Below are positions 10,010-20,400 of a stretch of DNA of 64,000 nucleotides, piece by piece. The position numbers and the translations under genes are program-made. The notes under the pieces were generated by a model. It ran no database searches. It had not been told where the DNA came from and was given only the letters and a program-made list of their open reading frames with translations. Source of the DNA: Schlesneria sp. (lineage in GTDB: Bacteria > Planctomycetota > Planctomycetia > Planctomycetales > Planctomycetaceae); the NCBI GenBank assembly GCA_043721755.1, contig JAYSQC010000294.1, positions 20,839-84,838 on the forward strand, given 5' to 3'. Position 1 is the stretch's first letter, and each line of letters starts with the position of its first letter.

Positions 10010-10642
10010 ATGTTCGTTGTCGGTTTTTTGAATCAGAAGGGGGGCGTCGGTAAAACCACACTCGCCGTCCACGTTGCTGACGCCTTGGCGCGTCGCAAGC
10101 AAAGAGTCTTGCTGGTCGATGCAGACCCGCAGGGATCGGCACTCGATTGGGCGGCGGCACGTCGGGGCGAGCCACTCTTCCCGGTGGCGGGGCTGCCGCG
10201 AGCGTCAATCCACAAGGAATTGCCGACGCTGGCCAAGGGCTATGATGTCGTCATCATCGACGGCCCGCCGCGCGTCTATGACGTGGCCCGTTCGGCCATC
10301 ATGGCCAGCGACCTCGTACTGATTCCCGTGCAGCCATCACCCTACGACGTGTGGGCGGCGAAAGAGATCGTGGACATGTTGCATGAGGCCACCGTCTTTA
10401 AGCCCCAGCTCAAATCCGCCTTTGCGATCAATCGTAAAATCGTAAATACGGCGCTGGGGCGAGATGTCGTCGATGCTCTGACCGATTACCCGATCCCCGT
10501 ATTCAAGACGGCGATTTGTCAGCGTGTCGCCCTCGCGGAATCGGCCGCTCAAGGACAGACCGTCTTCGAGACCGCCCCCGACAATCCGGCGGGGAAGGAG
10601 ATTCTGGCACTGGTCGAGGAACTGATGGAGTTCGCGAAATGA
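10010..10642 (+). CDS. parA: ParA-family plasmid partition ATPase
   Basis: Deviant Walker A NQKGGVGKTT and the DADPQGS motif are present. The protein is 210 aa and lies directly upstream of a small RHH-like gene and repA. Confidence 0.9.
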   Translation: MFVVGFLNQKGGVGKTTLAVHVADALARRKQRVLLVDADPQGSALDWAAARRGEPLFPVAGLPRASIHKELPTLAKGYDVVIIDGPPRVYDVARSAIMASDLVLIPVQPSPYDVWAAKEIVDMLHEATVFKPQLKSAFAINRKIVNTALGRDVVDALTDYPIPVFKTAICQRVALAESAAQGQTVFETAPDNPAGKEILALVEELMEFAK

Positions 10643-10863
10643 AGAAGATTACTTTCGGGACCAAGCCCGCCGCGTCGCCGGGTCACGCTTCGCCGGATGC
10701 TTGGGTGACCGACCGTCAAGCCAGCAGCGAACCGATGAAGCGGCTCACGATCGACGTGCCGCTGTCACTTCATCAACGAGTCAAAAGCCAGTGTGCGATA
10801 AAGGGGGACAAGATGGCCGATGTCATGCGAGAACTGCTTGAACGACACTTCCATCCGGAGTAA
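10639..10863 (+). CDS. Small ParG/CopG-like (RHH) partition or repressor protein
   Basis: ATGA-coupled to parA. The C-terminus KRLTIDVPLSLHQRVKSQCAIKGDKMADVMRELLERH has a ribbon-helix-helix pattern. Confidence 0.55.
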   Translation: MKKITFGTKPAASPGHASPDAWVTDRQASSEPMKRLTIDVPLSLHQRVKSQCAIKGDKMADVMRELLERHFHPE

Positions 10864-10938
10864 GAGGGGAGGGGGCCTGAATAAATTGCCCGCCTCAACT
10901 GATACAGAAACACGATTACACGATTTGTCGTAAATGCG

Positions 10939-11868
10939 ATGACCCAACGATTGCCACCCAAAGGAGACCAGCAACCGGACCTGTTCGCGGCAAACTTCGC
11001 GGACATCCCCATCCGTGACCAACGCGACACGATGGAGCGGCCGTTCTTCAGCCTTGCCAAGAAGCCACGCTTCACACCCATCGAGTATCACGTCGGCGAT
11101 ACTTGGGTGGAGGTCAGTGCCAACTCCAAGTTCGGATTGGCCACCATTTGGGATGCCGATATTTTGATTTGGGCCTCGACTCAAGTGACCGAAGCTTTGG
11201 ATCGCGGCATGGCCCCGAACCGTGTGATTCACTTTCATCCGCATCACTTGCTCAAGTCGATCCGTCGCGCCACCGGCGGGGAACACTACCGGCGGCTGCG
11301 AGCCGCCCTGGACCGCCTGACACACACCGCCGTCCGCACGAACATCAGGGCCGATGGCCGCAAGAAGGCCGCGTCGTTTCACTGGCTCGAAAGTTGGACC
11401 GAGGTAATCGACGAAGCCACCGGTGAAACGTCCGGCATGACGCTCACACTCCCCGACTGGTTGTTCCAGGGTGTCGTCATGAAGGGGGGTGTCCTCACCA
11501 TCCACGAGGATTATTTTCTGCTGACTGGTGGCGTCGAACGCTGGCTCTATCGAGTCGCCCGCAAGCACGCGGGACATCAGGAAATCGGCTGGCAGTTCAC
11601 CATGCGTCAGCTCTATGAGAAGTCGGGAGCCAGCTCGCGGTTCTCCGACTTCGCCATCGACGTGCGCCGCGTCGTCGAGGAGGACTCGCTCCCCGAATAC
11701 GCCCTGACGATCCGCAAGAACACCGAAGGAGACGAGATCGTCCACTTCATCCGCCGCAGCCAACTGAGCGTCACCGATCCGCGTTTCGAGACCCCGCGCC
11801 ATCGCCGCCGCCGACTCGCCGGTGGCCTGACATCAAAGTCCATCAAATTCAACGACTCAGCGGCCTAA
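10939..11868 (+). CDS. repA: Replication initiator protein A (RPA-type RepA)
   Basis: RDQRDTMERPFFSLAKKPR...SKFGLATIWDADILIWASTQV matches the plasmid RepA (RPA family) signature. Iterons follow immediately downstream. Confidence 0.85.
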   Translation: MTQRLPPKGDQQPDLFAANFADIPIRDQRDTMERPFFSLAKKPRFTPIEYHVGDTWVEVSANSKFGLATIWDADILIWASTQVTEALDRGMAPNRVIHFHPHHLLKSIRRATGGEHYRRLRAALDRLTHTAVRTNIRADGRKKAASFHWLESWTEVIDEATGETSGMTLTLPDWLFQGVVMKGGVLTIHEDYFLLTGGVERWLYRVARKHAGHQEIGWQFTMRQLYEKSGASSRFSDFAIDVRRVVEEDSLPEYALTIRKNTEGDEIVHFIRRSQLSVTDPRFETPRHRRRRLAGGLTSKSIKFNDSAA

Positions 11869-11871
11869 CCA

Positions 11872-12205
11872 CACGGCCTATCAAGCGCATCGAGGCCACT
11901 GAAAACCCTCAAAACACGGCCGATTGAGCGCACCAACTCTCTCGAAGCCGCTCGCTTCATTTGGCTGAGTCAGACTGGCCGCTGATTCAGCCGCTGGTCA
12001 TGGCGATCAAGCCCGCCGAGGCATGACACGAGCAACAACACGGCCCATTAAGCGCACGCTTCGAGGCCGCACACGTTGAGTCTTGACCACTCTAGCGCGA
12101 CCGCACCCCTGTGAATTACCACGGTCGATTAAGCGCAAATTACACGGCCCATCAGGCGCACGACGCACGGTCGATTGAGCGCAGAGACACGGCCGATTAG
12201 GCGCA
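11872..12205 (+). repeat. oriV iterons: seven copies of CACGGYCNATYNRGCGCA
   Basis: Copies lie at 11872-11889, 11915-11932, 12039-12056, 12120-12137, 12143-12160, 12166-12183 and 12188-12205. The last four are spaced 23, 23 and 22 bp apart. Confidence 0.8.
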
Positions 12206-12297
12206 CGAACGACCATATTCCCGTGGAGTTTCAACAGCTTCCCGCGAGCCTAACTGTTTAACCTCAAGAGCTATTTAACCTGCTTAACGACGGGGGC

Positions 12298-12306
12298 TGT
12301 GGATAA
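12298..12306 (-). promoter_or_regulatory. DnaA box (TGTGGATAA, complement of TTATCCACA) beside an AT-richer patch
   Basis: This is a perfect 9-mer consensus about 90 bp after the last iteron. It is preceded by TAACTGTTTAACCTCAAGAGCTATTTAACCTGCTTAAC (12251-12288). Confidence 0.5.
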
Positions 12307-12829
12307 CTCACAAGGTGACATCGCTCGTCATTCCGTCCCATTGTCCACCGATGCACCGCCGCGCAAGTTTCGTGATGATGACCCCAAGAACCTGTTTCCG
12401 CAGAAGTTACCGAACCGAACTCGGAGAATAAGCCCCTGATTCATCAACCGAATCCTCACACATCGCCATTCCGAACCCAGCCGAACCAATCCAAGACGGC
12501 ATTCAGAATGAGACCTCACCCGTGGCCTCGACTTGCCTCATAATCGCATTCAGAGCGACATAGGAAGCACGAATCCGAGGTGTCGGCGACAGACCTAGCT
12601 GACGCCATAAAACTCTCTTCTGCTCGCACTCTTGCACGGGGCATCCGTCGAGGTCTGCTCGTAGCGATTGCGCCATCCGGCAACGAACGTCTTGGTTTGT
12701 TTGGGGCCAGAGGCGCTTGACCATGAATCATCCGTGTGGTTAGTTTCGCGACACCCATCGCGACACCCATCGCGGCAACGGCCACCGTCGAGGCGAGCTT
12801 CTCATCAAACACACGGCGAGAAAATCATC

Positions 12830-13912
12830 ATGAGTCACATTAAGTTGTTAAAGAGTTGGTTTCAGCGTGAACGTGGTCTCGAAACCCGGCCGCGTCGGAC
12901 GGCATTGCCACCAGTGCAAGCGATGGAAGTCCGCGTGCTGATGAGTGCAACGGCAATTGTTCCCGTCGCTGCGGCAACAGAGGATTCTGCCCCTGCGGCG
13001 GAGAATGTGTCGAGCGCAAGTCCCACTGATCTGGTTGAGACACAGTCGCCACTTGCGCGGGCCGTGCTGACGGGAGTTGGCGGTGCGTCTTCGGTGTTTC
13101 AAGCGGCGGGAGCCTCGACCGATTCGGTGACGATTACCGTTCGCCGACTGCGCGGGAAGCCACACCACACTTACGAGATGGGGTTAATCCTCGTCGATGA
13201 CGCCACGGGCAAGATTGGCAACCTGAATCCGGGGGATGCGGGATATGCCAAGGCGGCGCTGGAGAGTGCCAGCCGTCGAGTCCTGCTCTCCACAGCGGAC
13301 GGAAATCGCACACGGCATACGGTGGATATCCCCGGCGGGTCGTTTTACATGCTGTATGTCATTCAGGATGGCACGGCGGCGAATGTGATTGCACAGAACC
13401 CCAACAACGAATCGGGCAAGAGTCCGGTGGCACTCTTTTCAATCGCGGCGGCCAATCCCGACGACGCGTCCCATTTGGGAAGAAGGCGAAATCACCGTCG
13501 GTTTGGTTGGGAGACCGCATTGGGGGGAGGGCGATCCCGTTTCAATGATCTCGTCGTCCGCTTGAAGATGAGCCGTCCTCACGCTCCGCCCGACACTACC
13601 GCTCCGCTGGCTTCTCTGAGCGTGACGGGTTCCATCCCCACACGGAACACGTTCGATGTTCGCTTTACCGAGCCGATGAAAAGCCCCTTCCAGCAGAAGG
13701 CCAATTACACACTGACACTGACCAGCGGCCCCTCGGCCGGACAGGTCGTCCCGATCAATACGGTCACGCGCCTCGATGACTCGACCGTGCGAGTGAACCT
13801 CAGTGCAAACCTCGCGGCGGGCAGTTATCGTTTCGATATTGCAGCAAGTCTGGCTGACCTCGCAGGTAATCCGCTGGCTGCCCCCAGATCGTTTACGTTC
13901 ACCATCGTGTGA
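12830..13912 (+). CDS. Secreted DUF4114-domain protein with a C-terminal Ig-like domain
   Basis: ATG at 12830. The N-terminal motif is MEVRVLMSA. HRRFGWETALGGGRSRFNDLVVRLKM resembles the DUF4114 C-terminal signature, and the tail looks like a bacterial Ig-like domain. Confidence 0.55.
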   Translation: MSHIKLLKSWFQRERGLETRPRRTALPPVQAMEVRVLMSATAIVPVAAATEDSAPAAENVSSASPTDLVETQSPLARAVLTGVGGASSVFQAAGASTDSVTITVRRLRGKPHHTYEMGLILVDDATGKIGNLNPGDAGYAKAALESASRRVLLSTADGNRTRHTVDIPGGSFYMLYVIQDGTAANVIAQNPNNESGKSPVALFSIAAANPDDASHLGRRRNHRRFGWETALGGGRSRFNDLVVRLKMSRPHAPPDTTAPLASLSVTGSIPTRNTFDVRFTEPMKSPFQQKANYTLTLTSGPSAGQVVPINTVTRLDDSTVRVNLSANLAAGSYRFDIAASLADLAGNPLAAPRSFTFTIV

Positions 13913-13942
13913 TCCCGGTCAACTCCTCTACGGGCCTCCTTG

Positions 13943-15532
13943 ATGTTGCATTCCCCCGGTAGCGCCACGACTTCCTATGATCGCACCCCTTACAAGAGTC
14001 ATCCTTTTGGGCAGACCCATCCCGACCGACTGGCGGTGATTGCTACGCTGTTGGGAATGCAGCCGCCGCCGATCGAGACGGCGCGCGTGTTGGAACTCGG
14101 TTGTGCTAGCGGGGGCAATTTGTTGCCGATGGCGGAGCAGTTCCCGCAGGCACAGTTTCTCGGCGTCGATGCTTCGTCGCGACAGATCGAGGACGGAAAC
14201 CAGCTCCTGCGTGAGGCAGGGCTGACAAATGTCGAACTGCGGTTTCAAGACATCTTGGAGTTCCCACTCGACGAACCGCAGTTCGATTACATCCTTTGTC
14301 ACGGTGTTTACTCGTGGGTGCCGGACGCGGTGCAGCAAAAGATTCTGACGATCTGTTCGCGGAACCTCGCTCCGAATGGCGTGGCGTATATCAGTTACAA
14401 CACGTACCCCGGCTGGCGGATGCGGGGGATGATCCGCGACATCATGCGGTATCGTGCCCAGTTCTTTGAGGCTCCCGAAGAGAAGCTCAATCAGGCGCGG
14501 GGGCTGTTGACGTTCCTCAGTAACTCGGTGAAGTCTGAGAACAACCCGTATGGAATGATGCTCCGCAGCGAGCTCGAATCGATCGTGCATTCCGATGACT
14601 CGTACCTGTTGCACGAACACTTGGAGGACATCAACGAGCCGGTCTACTTTCACACTTTTGCCGAGCGTGCGAGCAGCGCCGGGTTGCAGTATTTGGGCGA
14701 GGCCGACTTCGGGGTGATGTCGGTCGAGAATTTCCCCGAACACATTCAGGGGATGTTACAGAGCGTGTCGCGGGATACGGTCGAGTTGGAGCAGTACATG
14801 GATTTTCTGCGGAACCGTGCGTTCCGGCAGACGCTGCTCTGTCACAAAGACATTCGGGTCGAGCGCACGCCTGTCCCACGGTCACTGCTCAGAACGCGGG
14901 TCGCTTCGTCGGGGCAGGCGGAGGGAACATCACTCGAACTGCACTCACCTGACCAAACTGTCTTCCGTCGCCGGAACGCCACGCTGCGAACCACCGACCC
15001 GGTTGTGAGAGCAGCGATGCTCCATCTGCGTCAGGTCTGGCCTGCATCCGTCCCATTCAACGAGCTGTCGTCCATCGGCCGCTCGATGGCGTCCGGTCAT
15101 CCCGTCGCGGTGGAGACTGACCTCATGAGCACCCCCAGCGAGCAACTGGCGTCGATGCTGCTCCGGTGTTTCGCGACCTCGATGGTCGATCTGCACACAG
15201 CCAACCGTCCGTTTATCAGCTCAGTGACTGAGCGACCGGTTGCATCCATCCTCGCGCGGGCCCAGTCGCAGCACACGTCTCAAGTAACGAACCTGTTGCA
15301 TGAACGCATCCCGCTCGACGACTTCCAGTGCCAGGTTCTGCGAGCCTGCGATGGCACACGCAATCGGGACGAACTCATCCAAACCGTCTGCGACAACGCC
15401 ACACGCGGAGACCTCGTGATCTTCAACGCGGGTAAGCGCCTCGTGGAAGGAGATGACCTTCACAAAGGCGTCGCCGACTTGGTCCCGTCGATCCTGCAAA
15501 GCCTCGCACGACAGGCACTACTCGTCGGTTGA
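13943..15532 (+). CDS. Class I SAM methyltransferase with a C-terminal methyltransferase-regulatory domain
   Basis: YDRTPYKSHPFGQTHPDRLAVIATLLG...RVLELGCASGGNLLPMAEQFPQAQFLGVDAS...FDYILCHGVYSWVP is the typical architecture of this family. Confidence 0.75.
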   Translation: MLHSPGSATTSYDRTPYKSHPFGQTHPDRLAVIATLLGMQPPPIETARVLELGCASGGNLLPMAEQFPQAQFLGVDASSRQIEDGNQLLREAGLTNVELRFQDILEFPLDEPQFDYILCHGVYSWVPDAVQQKILTICSRNLAPNGVAYISYNTYPGWRMRGMIRDIMRYRAQFFEAPEEKLNQARGLLTFLSNSVKSENNPYGMMLRSELESIVHSDDSYLLHEHLEDINEPVYFHTFAERASSAGLQYLGEADFGVMSVENFPEHIQGMLQSVSRDTVELEQYMDFLRNRAFRQTLLCHKDIRVERTPVPRSLLRTRVASSGQAEGTSLELHSPDQTVFRRRNATLRTTDPVVRAAMLHLRQVWPASVPFNELSSIGRSMASGHPVAVETDLMSTPSEQLASMLLRCFATSMVDLHTANRPFISSVTERPVASILARAQSQHTSQVTNLLHERIPLDDFQCQVLRACDGTRNRDELIQTVCDNATRGDLVIFNAGKRLVEGDDLHKGVADLVPSILQSLARQALLVG

Positions 15533-15627
15533 GCGTTTCAAGGGACTATTCGGCGTTGGGCCTTCGCCCCGGCCTTGCGGGGAGAGGGTGAGGGGTCTTC
15601 TGTTCGCGACCTCAGTCTCACCGCACT

Positions 15628-15657
15628 GAAGTCCGGCTTTCAGAAATGCCGGACTTC
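15628..15657. repeat. REP-like palindrome GAAGTCCGGC-N10-GCCGGACTTC between convergent genes (possible bidirectional terminator)
   Basis: A perfect 10-bp inverted repeat. Related copies lie at 31500-31529 and 35998-36029. Confidence 0.55.
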
Positions 15658-15677
15658 GAGACCGCGCGACCATCCCG

Positions 15678-17084
15678 TCACTGCGCGGGACCGGGATGCC
15701 CTAGCCGCCGCTCTTTGCCGAAGTAGAGCGTGAACGTATCGAAGCGTTCCACGTCTCGGCCTGCTTCTTCCCAGCCGTAGGGATAATTGCCGAAGTGCCA
15801 CAGTCGGTGCGTCGTATCAGCGTGAATCTTGAAGCCACAGTCACGCGCCCGCTGGGCGAACGAATAGTCCTCGGCCAGATACCACGTCCCTTCGTCGATG
15901 GGATTCAGCATCGGATGAAAGAACGGGATCATCGGCGTGCCGAACCGTTCGTTGCAGACCGGCAGTTGGTGGTGCCGCATCACTGTCAGATAGACTTCGC
16001 GGCGGACGTGCAGGAATCCCGCTCCGGCATACATGACTTCGTACAGCCCGCCCCCTTGGCCGAACGTCATCGAGGTCGTTCCCGGCATGACGTGCGTCGC
16101 CATGGCGCGGCGTCCTTTTTGGGCGCACATCCCCGTCACCATCGGGAGGTTGTGCGCACGAATGCGGTCGATCGCATCGGGGTGGAAACCCACATCGGCA
16201 TCAATCCAAAATGTCTCCTCGAATCCGTCGAGCAGCGAATCGGTCGCCATCTGATTCCGTCCCTGATCGATGGCCGCGTAACCACCGACGCGACGCACCG
16301 GATAGCCACGCCGCTCCAGCTCCTTCAGCGAGTCATCACACGAAGGGACAATCTGAGTATGAAACGGGACGAGGACCACGCACTTGCGCGGGTCCATCGG
16401 GTTCGCCGACGCCCGAGGAGCCAGCGGCCGGTCTCGTTTCAAATCCGGATCTGGTTCGGCAATCGCCTTCCAGCGGCCGGGGCACATTACCTGATGCTCT
16501 TCGGGAACCCCCACGAACGACAACAGTTCGCGCAGCCCCTGCTCCGTATCGAACGCCAGTTCCGGATCGAACACGCGCACCCGATCCGGGTGCCGATGGG
16601 CCAGTCGCTCGGCTGTGTCGTAGTAGTCTTCCCAATACCGGCGAATCCCCTCGTCGCGATCCGTAGTTGGGTACTGCGGATAGATGCGAGTCCAGAGTGG
16701 ATCATGATGCCATCGCGTTCCCGGTTCGCGCGTCCAATGGTTGATGGCCAGCGAATGGTTCCTGTCCAGAAACCGATTGAAACTCCCAATCACTTCGTCA
16801 CACGGCCGCTTCAGGCATACCAGCCGGACGTTCGATTCTGTCGCCAGAATCTCGTCAACATACGGCAGGTAGAACGACGCCGAGTCCCCCACAATGGGCG
16901 TTTCACTACCGCCTCGCATCCGCTGAAACCGCTGCGGAATTACGGGACGATTGGGCTTGAGCCACGGCAGCAACGCCCCATCCTGATACGTCACGGCACA
17001 TCCCGGCTGACGATTCAAAACATCCGCCAATCCCAACAGCCCGCACTGTCCCGTCCCTAACCCCAACACGATCCGCGAGTTCAT
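15678..17084 (-). CDS. Sulfotransferase-like domain fused to a GT-A-type glycosyltransferase-like domain
   Basis: ATG at 17084 (MNSRIVLGLGTGQCGLLGL..., a P-loop-like PAPS motif). The C-terminal half has CVVLVPFH...WIDADVGFHPD (DxD-like) and AEDYSF. The track start at 17318 adds an implausible leader. Confidence 0.55.
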   Translation of the reverse strand: MNSRIVLGLGTGQCGLLGLADVLNRQPGCAVTYQDGALLPWLKPNRPVIPQRFQRMRGGSETPIVGDSASFYLPYVDEILATESNVRLVCLKRPCDEVIGSFNRFLDRNHSLAINHWTREPGTRWHHDPLWTRIYPQYPTTDRDEGIRRYWEDYYDTAERLAHRHPDRVRVFDPELAFDTEQGLRELLSFVGVPEEHQVMCPGRWKAIAEPDPDLKRDRPLAPRASANPMDPRKCVVLVPFHTQIVPSCDDSLKELERRGYPVRRVGGYAAIDQGRNQMATDSLLDGFEETFWIDADVGFHPDAIDRIRAHNLPMVTGMCAQKGRRAMATHVMPGTTSMTFGQGGGLYEVMYAGAGFLHVRREVYLTVMRHHQLPVCNERFGTPMIPFFHPMLNPIDEGTWYLAEDYSFAQRARDCGFKIHADTTHRLWHFGNYPYGWEEAGRDVERFDTFTLYFGKERRLGHPGPAQ

Positions 17085-17479
17085 TTCGATGACTTTCTGA
17101 TGTGATGCGTCCGTTTGCCGTTGAGTCAGGAGCGTTCCTTTCTCAGTTGATCTCAACTGCATGAAACATCGCAGCACTGTGCCCTGTAGATTCACTGAAT
17201 GGAAGCACGAAAAGGCGGCAGGAAAGTCATTCCACAACAACGGTGGAAAAACGAAATCACTTGAGGGGTTGGTGAACGCCTCCGAGGATCGAACAATCTC
17301 TTGGGAGTGGCGTTGCAAAACGAAGCGGCGCGAATTAGGTTTCCGCCCATCCCATCAACGTTGGTCTGTGGCGTTCGACTTCGGAACGCGCACCACCATC
17401 CCGTGCAATACGCACCTCAACTCAGTTTCAGTCTTCGAGATTCGGCTTTCGTTGCGCCCTCACGACGGATTACTCGACC

Positions 17480-20400
17480 ATGCTGCTGTTCAATTGGCTG
17501 GCCTCTGTCCGCAATCGCCTGCGAGTGTCTCGTTACTTTGGTTCTCGTCGTGAGCGGACTCGCCCACGAGGCCGTCGCGACGTTCATTCTCGTGTCCCGG
17601 CAATGATCGAAGTGCTGGAACAGCGTTGCGTTCTCAGCGCGGTCGGTGCCATCGACGATGTGTTCACGGTTTCTGTCAGTGGCAGCAGCCAACCAACCCA
17701 ATTGAACGTTCTGGCGAACGACTTCAGCAGCGCTGGTGGGTTGCAATTGTCGGCCGTTGGCAGCGCCGCTCACGGGACGATCAGCATCGACCAGAGCGAT
17801 CCAACCCAATTGCCGAGTCTGATCTACACGGCCGACGTGGGCTTCATTGGGGTGGAGACGTTCGACTACACGGTCATGGATGCCGATGGTGATTCGGCGT
17901 TTGCCACCGTGACGGTGACCGTCGGTGGTTCCAATCCGTATTCCAATTCTGGCTCGACAACCGGTGTGCTGACAACGGCCACTACGGTGATTGACTCCTA
18001 CGTGTCGCAGATTGCAGGAGCGGTCAGTGGCGGTGTCAGTGGAGGATCATACTCGCCCTACGATCCATCGTGGGGAACCGGCAGCACGACATCATCCCCA
18101 CTCAGTAGCTCAGGGACGGGTTCCTCTTCCGGAGGCACTGCCGGGAATCCCGAGAACATTGCCGGGACGGCATTCGGTTCTGGATCAACAAGTGACTCAG
18201 GAATGGCGTCGTCTGGACTTCCTTCAAACTCAGGTGGACCAACGGGTGGCTCGACGTATGCCACAGGCTTTGAAGGCGGCTTCCAATCGCCGAGTGACCC
18301 CACAGGAACCAACCCTACCGATCCCTCCGGCTATAGTGGAGGTACGTGGCCAACGGGAGGTTCGGGTGGGACTTCAGGAGAAGGAACATCTTCTTCAGGA
18401 GGCACGTCAGGGTCTGGTGGTAATCTTCCGGGTGACCCCGGTTCGAGTGGTAGTGCCGACGATGGGCGGTTTCATCTTGAAGGTGGATATTCGATCGATG
18501 CACACACCACGTTTATTTCCACTTCGGGGAATGTCAGTTCGTCCACAAGCTCCACCGATCTGATCAATGAGACCAATACGGGCGGCGAGAATGTGATTTT
18601 CGTGAGCGTCGGGGCTTCGACAACCACACTTGCCGTCTCGTCCACCGAATATGCGGGAGCGTGGACTTACTCCGAAACATATCTCTTCGATGCGATGATC
18701 ACCGTGACCGGCTCGGACGGATCCGTCACGACGGATCATGAGTGGCTGGGATACAGCTTTGTGGCTTCGGGAGACGCAACGTATTCGACATTCTCACTGC
18801 TGATCGACACGGGCAGTGACCTCGCGGGAACGTATACCGAAGTGTGGTCGGAGACCTCGACCAGCGGCAGCAACAGCGGCGGTTCCCTCGACTGGACGTG
18901 GATGATGTTCTCACAAGACATCATTGGAATCAGCAACACGTCCGATTTGACAACCGCAACTGCGACAGGGGTGACGACACTGGACATTCAATCCAGCGGT
19001 TCGTTTTCCGGACAGGGAACCTACTTTTACGACACCGAAGGTGGCCAAGTCACAGGGGCAATCACCGCGACGGGTCAAAGCTCAGACTCGCTGATATCGA
19101 GCGCAATGGAATCCCAAAGCGTCAGTGGAACGTGGAGTTGGGCCACCGGCACGGCCACACATGCGGGTGCCTCCAAAACGAGCTACAGCTATGCCGGAAT
19201 GGGTGGCTATTTGATCGATGACAACGGCGTGAACCTCGTCGGAACCATCAGTGAAAGTGGGGCCGATCGCAGCGAAGATTCCGATACCGAGCAAGGAGCC
19301 ATTTCGACGGATGGCAAATGGACCTGGAACTCGGGAACGGCCAAGTTCGATGGAGCATCAACTTCGCAATTCTCCGCCGCAGGAACAGGGACCTACACCT
19401 CGACGACCCAGACCAGTACGGCCAACGGCACTCTCTCGGAAATGAGTGGCTTCAGTTCCTCTGCGGCGTATTCCGGTGCCGCGACACTTGGGACAGGTGA
19501 AAAGTGGAACTGGTCCAGCGGTGGGGCCAAATTGTCGATGGGGACCACTTCCTCATTCTCACAAGCCGGGTCCAGCACCTTCACGGATAATACGAGTACC
19601 TCGACATTTGGCGGCACAACGGCAGATTCCAGTGGTGAGACCTCATCGGATCAGGTCAGCATGACTGCGGTCTTGGACCTTGAGGGAACGTGGGATTTCA
19701 ATTGGGGGTTGGCGAAGTCTCAAGGATCATCTTGGTCCGCGACCAGCTATAGCGGCAAAGGCAGTTACTCGACCCAACTTGGCACGCCGGGGCAAACTGG
19801 AGGAGTTTCCGGAGGAGTCAGTGGTGGAACGGAAGCCAACGGAAGTACCTCAGAGTCCTCCGGTTATTCTGCACAACAGTCGATTGGCCAAGAGGGTAAA
19901 TGGGTCTGGGATTCAGGGACGGCCGGGAATTCGTCCAGTGTTACCACTCATTCCGGCTCATCCGGTTCCGGCACATACTCTTATTCGTTACCCGGCGGTT
20001 CTGGAGTGATATCCGGGACGATCACCTCAGGCGGAAGCAGCGACTCAAATCTGAGTGTTTCGCAAACAGCCGCTCTGGACTCATCAGGCAATTGGAGTTT
20101 GGACAAGGGCACACTCACCGTGAGTGGCGGAGCATCGGAAAGCTCTTCCTATGCCGGGAGTGGGGCATACAGTCGCGTGTCGGCCGATGGCTCGATGAAT
20201 GGGACTCAAACCGAGTCAGGGGGCTCCGCGAACAGCAGCAGCTACACCACGACCGCAAATGTGAATACCGATCACAAATGGGAGTGGACCGCTGGCTCTT
20301 CCGCTGTGACGAATGGAGGCTCGGTATCATCGGCCTTTTCGGGGTCGGGAACATTCAGCACACCCACATTCGGGGGCAAGACTACGGAGTCTGGTTCGTT

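Noticed and set aside
10765-11802. 345-aa minus-strand ORF
   Set aside because: It lies entirely antisense to repA, which has a clear family signature. This is typical high-GC shadow-ORF composition.
13928-14743. 271-aa minus-strand ORF
   Set aside because: It is antisense to the SAM methyltransferase gene and has no motifs.
15795-17060. 421-aa plus-strand ORF
   Set aside because: It is antisense to the sulfotransferase-like/glycosyltransferase gene. It is Arg-rich and low in complexity.
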